From the NCBI GenBank assembly GCA_011773465.1, contig WVXO01000060.1, positions 34,047 to 98,046 of the forward strand: a DNA stretch of 64,000 nucleotides, read 5' to 3'. Below, one piece after another: positions 37,046 to 46,708 of the stretch. A program made the translations under genes and the position numbers. This DNA comes from Candidatus Aminicenantes bacterium (GTDB lineage Bacteria > Acidobacteriota > Aminicenantia > Aminicenantales > Aminicenantaceae). The notes below the pieces were generated by a model. That model saw only the letters and a program-made list of their open reading frames with translations, had not been told where the DNA came from and did not search any database. The stretch's first letter is position 1. Each line of letters starts with the position of its first letter.

Positions 37046-38476
37046 TCAATAATAATCTGCAAATGACTCTAGTTTTTCGCTCCGGTTAGGATGCTTTAAT
37101 TTTCTCAAGGCTTTTGCTTCGATCTGCCTGATTCTCTCACGAGTAACTTTGAATTGATCCCCGATTTCTTCCAGGGTATGCTCATTGCCATCACCTAATC
37201 CAAATCGCATCTTTAGAACTTTTGCCTCTCTCTCTGGGATAGTTTTTAGCACATCTTCAATTTGCTCTATCATATTGATATGAATGACTGTATCGGGAGG
37301 CGAAGGGATATCCTCATCTTCGATGAAATCACTCAGTCGACTGTCTTCCTCTTCTCCAACGGGGGTTTCAAGAGAGATGGGTTCCTGGGCGAATTTTATG
37401 ATCTTTCTTACTTTGCTAACGGGTATTCCCATTTTACCGGATATCTCTTTGCAAGTTGGTTCTCTACCTTTTTCCTTTACAAGAGTTCTCGATATCCTTG
37501 TTAGTTTGTTAATAGTTTCTACCATATGCACCGGGATTCTTATTATCCGTGATTTATCAGCTATGGATCGTATTATAGCTTGTCTAATCCACCAGGTGGC
37601 ATAAGTTGAAAATTTATATCCCTGTCGATATTCAAATTTATCCACGGCTCTCATCAGACCTATGTTTCCTTCCTGGATTAAATCAGAAAACGGGACTCCG
37701 CGGTGGCTGTATTTCTTAGCTATGGAAATTACAAGTCTTAGGTTGGCTACTGTGAGATCTTTTTTTGCTTGATCGCGGATTTTTTTTGCCGTAGCGATAA
37801 CTCTAAGAATTTTTCTTAAACCTCGAGAATTAAGGCCGATTTCTCTCTGGTGTTTCCTCAAGAGCTTATTGATTTCTTGCACTTTGCGTTTCAGCTCAGT
37901 CTTTTTCTTTTTGCCCCGGGCCTGTTTTAGCGCTCTATTCAGATCTTTCTTGACCTCTTCAAATTCGTTGATGACTTTTAATCTTTCCCGGAGATTGTCA
38001 ATGATTTTTTCCCATCGGGCTTGTCCAATAATAATTTCCCTGATAAGGCGGCTCATTCTGATGATAAAACGCCCGCGGGCAAAAGAGTATTTCTTTGTTG
38101 AAGGGATACTCTCTAATTGAGAACTTAGATCTCTGATCTTCCTGATTCTGGCCAGAATGTGATTCTTTTTTTCTTCAAGCCTTCTCTCTGTAATTTCATC
38201 TTCGCTGAAATCGAACATTCCATGGATGACTTCAAGACCCTCCTTTATCTTCTCTTCTAGAGAGAAAACTTCATTGAGGGCAAGCCGTGTATTAGATAGA
38301 GCTATGATAATATCCTTCTCACTTTTTTCGATCTGCTTTGCTATGGCTATTTCTCCCTCGCGACTAAGCAGCGAGATATTGCCCATCTCTTTTAGATAGA
38401 GCTTTACTGGGTCTGTTGTTCGACCTAAACTCCCGAGTTTGAAGGTTTCGTTTTTTTTTCTTTTTGGACTAATCAT
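37046..38476 (-). CDS. rpoD: RNA polymerase sigma factor RpoD-type, regions 1.2-4 (downstream part of an interrupted gene)
   Basis: Region 1.2 ([12 protein letters not shown]), region 2 ([13 protein letters not shown]), region 3, and region 4 ([27 protein letters not shown]). Confidence 0.9.
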   Translation of the reverse strand: MISPKRKKNETFKLGSLGRTTDPVKLYLKEMGNISLLSREGEIAIAKQIEKSEKDIIIALSNTRLALNEVFSLEEKIKEGLEVIHGMFDFSEDEITERRLEEKKNHILARIRKIRDLSSQLESIPSTKKYSFARGRFIIRMSRLIREIIIGQARWEKIIDNLRERLKVINEFEEVKKDLNRALKQARGKKKKTELKRKVQEINKLLRKHQREIGLNSRGLRKILRVIATAKKIRDQAKKDLTVANLRLVISIAKKYSHRGVPFSDLIQEGNIGLMRAVDKFEYRQGYKFSTYATWWIRQAIIRSIADKSRIIRIPVHMVETINKLTRISRTLVKEKGREPTCKEISGKMGIPVSKVRKIIKFAQEPISLETPVGEEEDSRLSDFIEDEDIPSPPDTVIHINMIEQIEDVLKTIPEREAKVLKMRFGLGDGNEHTLEEIGDQFKVTRERIRQIEAKALRKLKHPNRSEKLESFADYY

Positions 38477-38479
38477 ATT

Positions 38480-38641
38480 TCATTTATAGAGAATTTTGAT
38501 CCCATGGCTATCAATAGAGTTGATGAATTCATTAAAGTTTTTTCCATCGTCCACGCTATCCTTAAATGTCTTGTCTATTTTTTCAAAAAGAATATATCCT
38601 TGCTTTTTTCCTTTAGAAAAGAGCTGATGAATTTTGTCCAT
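38480..38641 (-). CDS. 53-codon ORF encoding sigma70 region 1.1, ending in an in-frame TGA one codon before the rpoD ATG
   Basis: MDKIHQLFSKGKKQGYILFEKIDKTF...FINSIDSHGIKI parallels E. coli RpoD LVTRGKEQGYLTYAEVNDHL...MINDMGIQV. It is in the same frame as 37046-38476. Confidence 0.7.
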   Translation of the reverse strand: MDKIHQLFSKGKKQGYILFEKIDKTFKDSVDDGKNFNEFINSIDSHGIKILYK

Positions 38642-38722
38642 TTTCTTTATTCATGACATACTTTTATCTTTTATTATTTTCTTCCCTAAAACTGTCACCT
38701 TTCGTTTTTTACACATATGTTT

Positions 38723-39157
38723 CTATCTTTTCCATTTAGAAATTAACTCATTACTATATTCAAACGTTGCTTTTACAGCCTGTTTCTTCGTCAATCCATC
38801 CTTGAGTCCTTTTGCTATATGCTTCCTCAAGATAGCATGCAACATATCAATATTGCTCTCATTCTCATTCATTGTTTTTTTTATAACCTCCTTTTCCACT
38901 TCGTTGGACTGTTTAAGGACTAATCTCAAGTAGGGTTTATCGACTACAGCCAAGTAACAGATATCACATACAAAATTGAAGACCTCTCTTGTCGCCTTGT
39001 TAAATTTTCTGTCTTTCTTTTTCCCTTCGGGCAGACGATTAAGGACCTCTTTGGATATATTAGATTTCACATCTTCCCATAAATCCCTTAAAAACTCTTC
39101 AAGGCTATAATCTACCTTACCCTCTGTCACTTGCGCTGGTGTAAATTTCCGTTTCAT
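38723..39157 (-). CDS. Hypothetical protein
   Basis: 144-aa helical, charged ORF, co-directional with rpoD. I recognise no family. Confidence 0.45.
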   Translation of the reverse strand: MKRKFTPAQVTEGKVDYSLEEFLRDLWEDVKSNISKEVLNRLPEGKKKDRKFNKATREVFNFVCDICYLAVVDKPYLRLVLKQSNEVEKEVIKKTMNENESNIDMLHAILRKHIAKGLKDGLTKKQAVKATFEYSNELISKWKR

Positions 39158-39326
39158 CCTTTTAAAGCCTCCTTATATTTCAATTTCCATTGAAAAGGTC
39201 TTTCTCGCTCTTTAGAGATCTAAAGCGAAAAATCGCAGCCTAAGCTGTAACCGACTCCTGTGTAAAATGCATTACCTAAAATATGCTAATCCTCTGTCAT
39301 AATTCATAAACAAATCTCTAAACAAA

Positions 39327-39788
39327 TTATTCCTCTTTACTAGGAGCTCGAATAGTAAGTATGGGAGTGGAGGCAATCCGCACTACTTTCTCAGCAACTG
39401 ATCCCAAAAAGAAACGCCGCCGGCCAGTGGTACCTTGAGTTGCAATAACAATAAGCTCAACATTTTCTCTTTTGGCAATTCGAGTGATTTCAACAGCTGC
39501 ATCTCCAATGGTAACAAGAGCACGCACTTTCAGTCTTTCTCCAATCTTTTTATCAATCACTTCCTGAAGCGATTTTTCTGCGGAAGATCGGAGCTCTTTC
39601 CTATACAACGATACGTTAAAACTTGGCCGGTCTCGCGGAGTTTCTACAAGAGGGGGCATTGGCGTGACAACATGAACGAGATATAGCTCGGAAGAAAAAT
39701 GCAAGGCTAATTCTTTCGCTGTTTTAAACGCCTCATAGGATGGCTCACTAAAATCGGTTGGCCAAAGAATTTTCTTAAAAGTAATCAT
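39327..39788 (-). CDS. Universal stress protein (UspA family)
   Basis: USP fold with the ATP-binding motif GTTGRRRFFLGSVAEKV. Confidence 0.85.
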   Translation of the reverse strand: MITFKKILWPTDFSEPSYEAFKTAKELALHFSSELYLVHVVTPMPPLVETPRDRPSFNVSLYRKELRSSAEKSLQEVIDKKIGERLKVRALVTIGDAAVEITRIAKRENVELIVIATQGTTGRRRFFLGSVAEKVVRIASTPILTIRAPSKEE

Positions 39789-39814
39789 TTTCGCTTTTTT
39801 TATATGAACGATAT

Positions 39815-40246
39815 TCAGACTATCTCTACAAGCTCTAGGTCAAAATAAAGCAACTTTCCCGCAAGCGGATGATTGGCATCCAATCTAATTGATTTATCAA
39901 GGATCTCAGCTACAACAACCGGGATTGCTTTCCCCTGTCTATTGACAAGCTGAAGCGGCATACCTTTTTCAGGAGAAATATCCTCAGGAATTCTTTCTTT
40001 CGGCATTTCCATCAGAAGCTTTTTATTATAATTACCATAACCTTCTTCGGGATTAACAGTAACGCTTTTCCTCTCCCCAGGCTTCATACCCAGCACGGCT
40101 TTCTCTAATCCCTTTATAATCTCTTCGGTTCCAACCTTAAACTGAAGCGGCTCTCGACCTTCCGAGGAATCAAATACTTCACCATCATCAAACCGTCCGG
40201 TGTAATGAACCTTGACTGTATCTCCAGTTTTTACTGTTTGTGTCAT
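39815..40246 (-). CDS. FKBP-type peptidyl-prolyl isomerase (SlyD-like, short form)
   Basis: VKVHYTGRFDDGEVFDSS, with an IF-insert-like middle and NHPLAGKLLYFDLELV at the end. Confidence 0.85.
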   Translation of the reverse strand: MTQTVKTGDTVKVHYTGRFDDGEVFDSSEGREPLQFKVGTEEIIKGLEKAVLGMKPGERKSVTVNPEEGYGNYNKKLLMEMPKERIPEDISPEKGMPLQLVNRQGKAIPVVVAEILDKSIRLDANHPLAGKLLYFDLELVEIV

Positions 40247-40278
40247 AATAGACCTCCTTAAAAATAACTTTACCTCTA

Positions 40279-40362
40279 TTACACAAATGAAACAGGGGAT
40301 TTTGTTCTGAATTAAAGGAATTTAATTCTCATTGTTTATAATTATTACATATTATGAGTGGA
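40279..40362 (-). promoter_or_regulatory. Conserved upstream element, copy A (sigma32-like promoter candidate)
   Basis: The minus strand reads ...aaattcCTTTAAttcagaacaaaatCCCCTGTTtc... about 48 nt upstream of the FKBP ATG. About 75 nt is shared with 47969-48062. Confidence 0.45.
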
Positions 40363-40477
40363 GAAGCAAATTTTAAAATAAAATGCGATTTCTTGGTTCA
40401 AATTCAGCTGGTTTGTACTGAAATTATGATATAAGGATCGAAAGGATAATTCCCACAGGGAAAACCGGGGTAATCTT

Positions 40478-42694
40478 TTATTTCTGAATTCTAACTAACT
40501 TATGGAGCAAACTCCTGGTTAATTGGGAGGACTCCAAATAGAACCTGGCTTGAGACGGTCCATAGCTTACTTTTATCGAATAAGCCTTTGCTGGTAATAT
40601 TTTAAATAAATCTTCATCAGTCCAATCATCTCCCAAGGCAAGAATAAAATCCCACTTCTTCTCAGAAAGCCAAGGCATTACACCATCACCTTTGTTTATT
40701 CCAGAAACCCTCACCTCAATAACTTTATTGCCGTGCATCACCTGAAGATCTGTATTAGCCAGAAACTCATTTAAGTAATCAAATAATTCACTAGATCTGA
40801 GTTGACCTAATTCTGGATTAGCCTTTCGATAATGCCAGGCAATTCCATATTCTTTTTCTTCCATCAGAGAACCTGGAACACGAAATTCATAAGTCTTGAG
40901 AATAGGCTTTAATTGTTCCTTCCAATCACCGGATATACTCTTTTGCTTTTCCCAGTCATGACGAGGGTCTCTTTTAATCCAGGCACCATGTTCAGCAACC
41001 AGACCACAAGGTACCTTTCCCAGCCAGTGCTCTATTGTTGTCCGGTCCCGTCCGCTAACAATAACCAAGGTATTGTGAGGATCCTTGCCTAGTGAAAAAA
41101 GAAGCCGTTTTAATCCTACATCTGGTTTTGCCTGCTCCGGCTTCATTGCAAAAGAAACTAATGTGCCATCATAATCCAGGAATAAAAGTCGATTCTTGCT
41201 TTTTTTGAAATCAGATATGAGTTTTTTCTCCCACTTTACATTAAGCTTTCGATGTTCACGTTGAGACTGAATTTTTTTAACATCTTTAGTTCTCTGGACA
41301 AAACTTCTGGCCCAGTGCAGCACATCATATTCAAAAAGCCGCTTTCTCATCAATTTCATCCCTCTCGCCTGTTCTTCTTCACTCATATCAAGAGCCTGAG
41401 TTAACGCTGAGGCAATGTCTTCTTTATTATTCACATTAACAAGTAAGGCTTCTCCCAGTTCAGAGGCAGCCCCAGCTGTCTCGCTGAGCACAAGCACACC
41501 CCTATTATCTTTTTTAGAAGCAACGTATTCTTTAGCAACCAAATTCATACCATCGCGTAAGGGAGTAACGAGAGCAACATCGGCTATAGTATAGAGGGGC
41601 AAAAGTTTATTAAAAGGAAGAGAACGATACATATAATGAACAGGAATCCAACCCGGCATACCAAACCGGCCGTTAATTCTTCCGACCAGGGAATCAACTT
41701 CCTCCTTGAGAAGAGAATAATGCTTAACTTTAGTCCTCGAGGGAACACATAACATGACATAAGTAAACCGGCCGTGCCACTCGGGTTTTTTTTCTAAAAA
41801 CAACTCAATGCCTTTTAATCTTTGAGGGATTCCTTTTGTATAATCCAAGCGATCAACAGAAAGAATGATCTTTCTCTTCTCTGTCCATATTTTTTCTTCA
41901 AGCTTTTTGATTTCTTTCTGTATTGAAGACTCCTCCAGAAGACTTTTCAGGCCTAGGGAATCGATCCCCATAGGAAAATTCTCTACCTTCACAATCCTGT
42001 TGTCCACCTGGATTGCTCCAAACTCGTGTTCATATCCTAATAATAGCAGCACGCTGTTTAAAAAGTGCTGGGCATATTCATAGGTATGAAAACCTATTAG
42101 GTCAGCTCCAAGGAAACCTTCGAGAATCTCCTGGCGCCAGGGCAGTACGCGAAATATCTCAGAAGAAGGAAAAGGGATATGCAGAAAAAAACCAATTGAA
42201 CTTTGAGGTAAACTTTTTCTGATAAGAGCAGGAAGAAGCATAAGATGATAATCATGAATCCAGAAGGTATCCTGTGGATCGGCTAAATCGAAAACCTTCT
42301 GAAAAAATCTTTGATTCACTTTTTTGTAAGCAATCCACTCTGACTCTTCATAAGCACAATAGGTTGAAAAATAATGAAAAAGAGGCCAGAGAGTTCTGTT
42401 TGCAAAACCATAATAATATTTTCCAATCTCTGCTGGAGAAATAAAGACAGGATAGCTCTTGCAGTAATTTATGAGCTCGTTCTCAATTGATCTTTTTTCT
42501 TTATCATTTGCAGGCCAATAGCCAGGCCAACCGACAAAAATTGCCTTTTCCTCCTCTTGAATGGCCCGGAGACAAGTCGCCAATCCTCCTGGACTCTGTT
42601 GAATTTTCAGCTCGTCTTTCCTTTTGCTTATCGTTACAGGCAGTCTATTAGAAACAATAATGATTTTACCTTTCGATTTTTTATTTCCCTTCAT
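40478..42694 (-). CDS. Bifunctional trehalose-6-phosphate synthase / trehalose-6-phosphate phosphatase (OtsA-OtsB fusion)
   Basis: GT20 N-terminus (IIVSNRLPV, full-length OtsA-like) fused to a HAD phosphatase ([10 protein letters not shown] ... [10 protein letters not shown]). Confidence 0.9.
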   Translation of the reverse strand: MKGNKKSKGKIIIVSNRLPVTISKRKDELKIQQSPGGLATCLRAIQEEEKAIFVGWPGYWPANDKEKRSIENELINYCKSYPVFISPAEIGKYYYGFANRTLWPLFHYFSTYCAYEESEWIAYKKVNQRFFQKVFDLADPQDTFWIHDYHLMLLPALIRKSLPQSSIGFFLHIPFPSSEIFRVLPWRQEILEGFLGADLIGFHTYEYAQHFLNSVLLLLGYEHEFGAIQVDNRIVKVENFPMGIDSLGLKSLLEESSIQKEIKKLEEKIWTEKRKIILSVDRLDYTKGIPQRLKGIELFLEKKPEWHGRFTYVMLCVPSRTKVKHYSLLKEEVDSLVGRINGRFGMPGWIPVHYMYRSLPFNKLLPLYTIADVALVTPLRDGMNLVAKEYVASKKDNRGVLVLSETAGAASELGEALLVNVNNKEDIASALTQALDMSEEEQARGMKLMRKRLFEYDVLHWARSFVQRTKDVKKIQSQREHRKLNVKWEKKLISDFKKSKNRLLFLDYDGTLVSFAMKPEQAKPDVGLKRLLFSLGKDPHNTLVIVSGRDRTTIEHWLGKVPCGLVAEHGAWIKRDPRHDWEKQKSISGDWKEQLKPILKTYEFRVPGSLMEEKEYGIAWHYRKANPELGQLRSSELFDYLNEFLANTDLQVMHGNKVIEVRVSGINKGDGVMPWLSEKKWDFILALGDDWTDEDLFKILPAKAYSIKVSYGPSQARFYLESSQLTRSLLHKLVRIQK

Positions 42695-42973
42695 GACGAA
42701 TTTTTAGGGGCAATTTATCTCTATTCTACTCTTTAATAGAAATAACATCAAATCAACTCAAAAAGACGTAAGCATCTTTATTTCCGTTATTAGAAAAGCT
42801 TTTGGAGATGCTTGCCGAATAGACTGTCTCTCTTTTTTCTACTTTCCTCATTAGCGGTTAATAGTGCTAGTTTGTAAGACATAATTTGAAAATAAATAAA
42901 TCAAAGAAAAATTTGGCCTTAAATATTTCCCCTGAGAAGGAATAAATTGGGAAAGAAGAAAGGATCAGTAATA

Positions 42974-44188
42974 TTAATAATTATCAAAGATGTCTATAAA
43001 AAGTGTCAAATAATCACTTATATGCCTTGTCACAAGGAAATTATTTCTCATGAATTCTTTTCCTTCTCTTCCCATTTTTTTGGCGAGTTTCTTATCCTTG
43101 AGGAGAGTAACCACTTTATCAGCACATCCAGCAAAATCATAAGGGTCTACTAGGAATCCTGTTTTATTATTGATAACCTGCTCTGGAATTCCTCCTATTT
43201 TCGAGGCAACAACAGGGGTTCCCTTCCATTGAGCCTCAGCAACCGATAAGCCAAAGCCCTCCCTTGTGGATTTTTGAAGTATGACCGAAGACTTTCGCTG
43301 CAGAGCATTTACTAAAATTTGATTATCTCCTAAAACAAATAAAACATCTCCATTTTCCAAGTGCTTTCTGGCTTTCTTTTCTATCTTATTGTAGATGATT
43401 ATTCCTTCGGGATCATCGGAGGCCATGTTATAGCAATAAACGAGACGGCTATCCACCTTCTCTTTTACAATTTCAAACACTCTTAATACTCCCTCTGGAT
43501 CTTTCCAGGGATCAAAGCGAGAAACCTGCGTTATGAGGGGCTTATCCGTTGGAATATCAAACTTCTTAAGGACCTTTGAAATAGTATCATCTGATATATC
43601 CATGTTTTTGGGAGAAAGAGGGTCAATCGAAGGATGAATAACTCGTTGTTCAAGGAAAAGATCATTCTTCTTGAAACGCTTACTTGAAATAATCATCATG
43701 TCATAACGGAGTATAAAGGGCTTGATATAACTCCATAATTCCTTGTTGGGTTCAGTGAGATCGATATGACACCGCCAAATCCACGGCTGTTTTTTTCTGT
43801 GAAATTTAATCAGAGGGAGGGGTTGAGGGTCGTGGGCTACGACACAATTATGATCCAGATGAGTAAATTTGGAAAACCTCTCATTTGTATCCAAATAGAG
43901 ATTTTTTTTGTTAACTGATAAATTAATTTGACCGCCCTGAAGGGCATTGTGAAATTTCTTTGTCACAGAAAAAAAATCTGCTGGCCCTAACAAGACTCTC
44001 CAGCCTGTATCTATTCCAACATCATTCATCAAAAGCACAAGATTGTTTAGTATTTCGGCAACACCCCCTCCCTGGGCAGTGGAATTTATATGGACAATAT
44101 GTTTATTGATCAGGCGGTGAGCTTTTTGATAAATATTCCCTATGGCCTTTTCTCCAACAATAGGAAGATAATCATCCATACTCTTCAT
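42974..44188 (-). CDS. treT: Trehalose glycosyltransferring synthase TreT-like (GT4)
   Basis: HINSTAQGGGVAEIL, FFSVTKKFHNALQG, WIWRCHIDL, ITQVSRFDPWKD and REGFGLSVAEAQWKG closely parallel Pyrococcus/Thermococcus TreT. Confidence 0.85.
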   Translation of the reverse strand: MKSMDDYLPIVGEKAIGNIYQKAHRLINKHIVHINSTAQGGGVAEILNNLVLLMNDVGIDTGWRVLLGPADFFSVTKKFHNALQGGQINLSVNKKNLYLDTNERFSKFTHLDHNCVVAHDPQPLPLIKFHRKKQPWIWRCHIDLTEPNKELWSYIKPFILRYDMMIISSKRFKKNDLFLEQRVIHPSIDPLSPKNMDISDDTISKVLKKFDIPTDKPLITQVSRFDPWKDPEGVLRVFEIVKEKVDSRLVYCYNMASDDPEGIIIYNKIEKKARKHLENGDVLFVLGDNQILVNALQRKSSVILQKSTREGFGLSVAEAQWKGTPVVASKIGGIPEQVINNKTGFLVDPYDFAGCADKVVTLLKDKKLAKKMGREGKEFMRNNFLVTRHISDYLTLFIDIFDNY

Positions 44189-44544
44189 ATGTCTAACCTC
44201 CGATAATAAGCTTCATAAAATATCATTATAGCTGAATTGCAGGACTCTCTTATCATCTATCATCAAATAAATCAGGAGTCAAACCGCCTTTTATCTGGAG
44301 TTTGCCTAAGAGCTATAGACCGAAAAGGCTTCTGTATAAATTTTTAGCGTTGAATTTATGCTTTAAATGCCTTTCCTTTGGCTATAAAGGAACTCTTGAA
44401 TTCCATATACAAAGCATAACAGAGGAAATACTCTCGTCAGTATGATAAAATTTGAACCGTATTAAATAATTTACTTTTTATATTAATTTTTTTGGCAATA
44501 ACAAAATATCAATAATAAAAACGAGTTTAATTTGAGGTTTTAAA

Positions 44545-45696
44545 ATGTTAAATTTTAACTATCTCATTCCGACAGAAATTCTTTTTGGCAAAGAGCAGAT
44601 AAGCAATTTAGAAAGCAAAATTGAAGACTATAATAGGATATTATTCGCTTGGGGTGGGGGGAGTATCAAAAAAAATGGCATCTATGAAAAAGTTATTGAC
44701 TCGTTAAAAAATAAGACATATTTCGAATTGTCTGGGATAAAGCCAAATCCAAGACTCTCAAGTGTAAAAAAAGGGATAAGGATATGCACAGAAGACGACG
44801 TTGATTTTATCTTAGCTGTTGGAGGAGGGAGTGTTATAGACTGCTCTAAAGCAATTGCGGCAGGTGTCTATTATCCAGATGATGTCTGGGACTTATTCAT
44901 GAGAAAAGCAACAGTAGAAAAGGCCCTTCCAATCGGAACTATCTTGACTTTGGCTGCCACAGCTTCTGAAATAAACGCAAGTGCAGTAATCAATAACGAA
45001 GAAACACAACAAAAACTCTCAATAACATCAAACCTTCTAAGACCAAAATTTTCAATACTCGATCCAACATATACGATGACTGTCCCCCGAGCACACACGG
45101 CAGCAGGAGTTGTTGATATAATGAGCCACGTTTTTGAACAATACTTCGATACTACAAAGGGAACATATCTGCAGGATCGGTTAGCTGAAGGTATTTTAAA
45201 GACGTGCATAAAGTATGGACCGATTGTTTTAGAAAATCCAGATGATTATGAAGCAAGAGCAAACGTGATGTGGGCGGGAAGTCTTGCCTTAAGCGGCCTT
45301 TTATCATTCGGCAAAAAAGGAGACTTTGCAACACACAAAATTGAACATGAAGTCAGTGCGATATATGACCTAACACATGGTATTGGTATGGCAATATTGT
45401 TTCCCAATTGGATGAAATACGTAATGCATGAAAATATTGATAAATTTGTAGAATTTGCTCATAACGTGTGGGACATCCCTAATATGGGGGAAAAAAAAGA
45501 TATTGCAAACTTAGGCATACAAAAAACAAGGGAATTTTTCAGCTCTCTAGATATGCCAACAACATTTTTTCAAGTAAACATAAGTTATGAAAAATACGAA
45601 GAGATGGCAACAAAGGCAGTTTATTTTGGCGAAATTGGCAGCTTTAAGAAACTAAAAAAGGAAGATGTCTTAGAAATCTTAAAACTATCCCTTTAA
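44545..45696 (+). CDS. Iron-containing (group III) alcohol dehydrogenase
   Basis: GGGSVIDCSKAIA motif and metal-binding His residues (HKIEHE, THG). 383 aa. Confidence 0.85.
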   Translation: MLNFNYLIPTEILFGKEQISNLESKIEDYNRILFAWGGGSIKKNGIYEKVIDSLKNKTYFELSGIKPNPRLSSVKKGIRICTEDDVDFILAVGGGSVIDCSKAIAAGVYYPDDVWDLFMRKATVEKALPIGTILTLAATASEINASAVINNEETQQKLSITSNLLRPKFSILDPTYTMTVPRAHTAAGVVDIMSHVFEQYFDTTKGTYLQDRLAEGILKTCIKYGPIVLENPDDYEARANVMWAGSLALSGLLSFGKKGDFATHKIEHEVSAIYDLTHGIGMAILFPNWMKYVMHENIDKFVEFAHNVWDIPNMGEKKDIANLGIQKTREFFSSLDMPTTFFQVNISYEKYEEMATKAVYFGEIGSFKKLKKEDVLEILKLSL

Positions 45697-45726
45697 ATTA
45701 AGCGAATCCCTCGCAGGGGCCGCTTC

Positions 45727-46698
45727 TTATAGACCGTTCCTCTTTGCGGCTTCTTCTAGGATCCTTATGGCCAGATAATCGGCTGGCTTGCCTATTTCAC
45801 TGGCCATCTTGGCCATAGGGCTAAATTTCGGATAAATCCCCGGGAGTGTATTTACCTCGAGAATCCAGGGAATCCCTTGTTTATCCAGGCGGATGTCTAC
45901 TCGTGCATAGTCAGTACACCCGATCGAACGATAAGCCCTTGTCGCTACTCTCTTCACAGCTGTCTCCTCTTCCGCTTTCATTTCAGGTACTGTTACGTTA
46001 TATTGCCAGTGGGTGGATTTCTTCTTCATCTTTTCTGTAAAGATTCGAGGTGCTCCTCGGTTAGTGTCGAAATGTTTCTCCAGGATTGGCAGGATTTGTA
46101 ATTTTTTATTGCCGATGATACCAACGGTTATCTCGCGGCCAGGGATGTACTTTGTTATGATTGCTTCCTTGTCTACTGCAAGAGCAGCATCTATTGCTGC
46201 AGGCAGTTCTTCGGCCGACTGGACAAAAGACTCATCTGATACTCCTTCGCTCGCTCCTAAAGAGCAGGGCTTTACCAGGATTGGAAATTCTACCCGCCGA
46301 GATGGCTCCCGTTGTTTTCGATTGACCAAGGCGAATTGAGGCACGGGCAACTTGTCATATCTAAAGATTTTACCCGCCAGCCCCTTATGCATTGCCAGAG
46401 AGTGGCATAAAGCGCTGCAACCAGTGTAAGGCATCCCCATCTTTTCCAAGAGCGCTGGTATGTATGACTGGGCTCTGCCAGGGATTGAGTACCAGTTGAA
46501 CACTATATCTGGCTTGGCTCTTCTGATCTTCGCAAACAGGTTGCCGCGTCCATCAATAGTCACAACCTTGCGATGAGCACGCTCGAATGCCTTGCGCACG
46601 CGGGTAAGAGTGGGGTATAGGAGTTTGCGCCGTGACCCGTGGATTTTATCTTCGGTCGCGCGCATTCGCGTCGGATTGTAAACTATCGCAATCTTCAT
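45727..46698 (-). CDS. ATP-grasp enzyme of the D-alanine--D-alanine ligase family (non-canonical)
   Basis: ATP-grasp core (FPILVKPCSLGASEGV, ARVDIRLD, ILEVNTLPG). The N-terminus differs from canonical Ddl. Confidence 0.65.
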   Translation of the reverse strand: MKIAIVYNPTRMRATEDKIHGSRRKLLYPTLTRVRKAFERAHRKVVTIDGRGNLFAKIRRAKPDIVFNWYSIPGRAQSYIPALLEKMGMPYTGCSALCHSLAMHKGLAGKIFRYDKLPVPQFALVNRKQREPSRRVEFPILVKPCSLGASEGVSDESFVQSAEELPAAIDAALAVDKEAIITKYIPGREITVGIIGNKKLQILPILEKHFDTNRGAPRIFTEKMKKKSTHWQYNVTVPEMKAEEETAVKRVATRAYRSIGCTDYARVDIRLDKQGIPWILEVNTLPGIYPKFSPMAKMASEIGKPADYLAIRILEEAAKRNGL

Positions 46699-46708
46699 GA
46701 TCAGCTTT

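Noticed and set aside
38480-38482. Genome-wide TGA reassignment (Trp/Gly) or selenocysteine as the explanation for the in-frame TGA in rpoD
   Set aside because: TGA terminates many well-supported genes here (mraZ, ftsI, murE, ftsQ, ftsZ, hutI), so it is a normal stop. Downstream there is only a modest hairpin (accu-uc-aaacu-cggg-aguuu-aggu, ~33 nt away) that does not look like a convincing SECIS. A Sec residue in a sigma linker also has no rationale.
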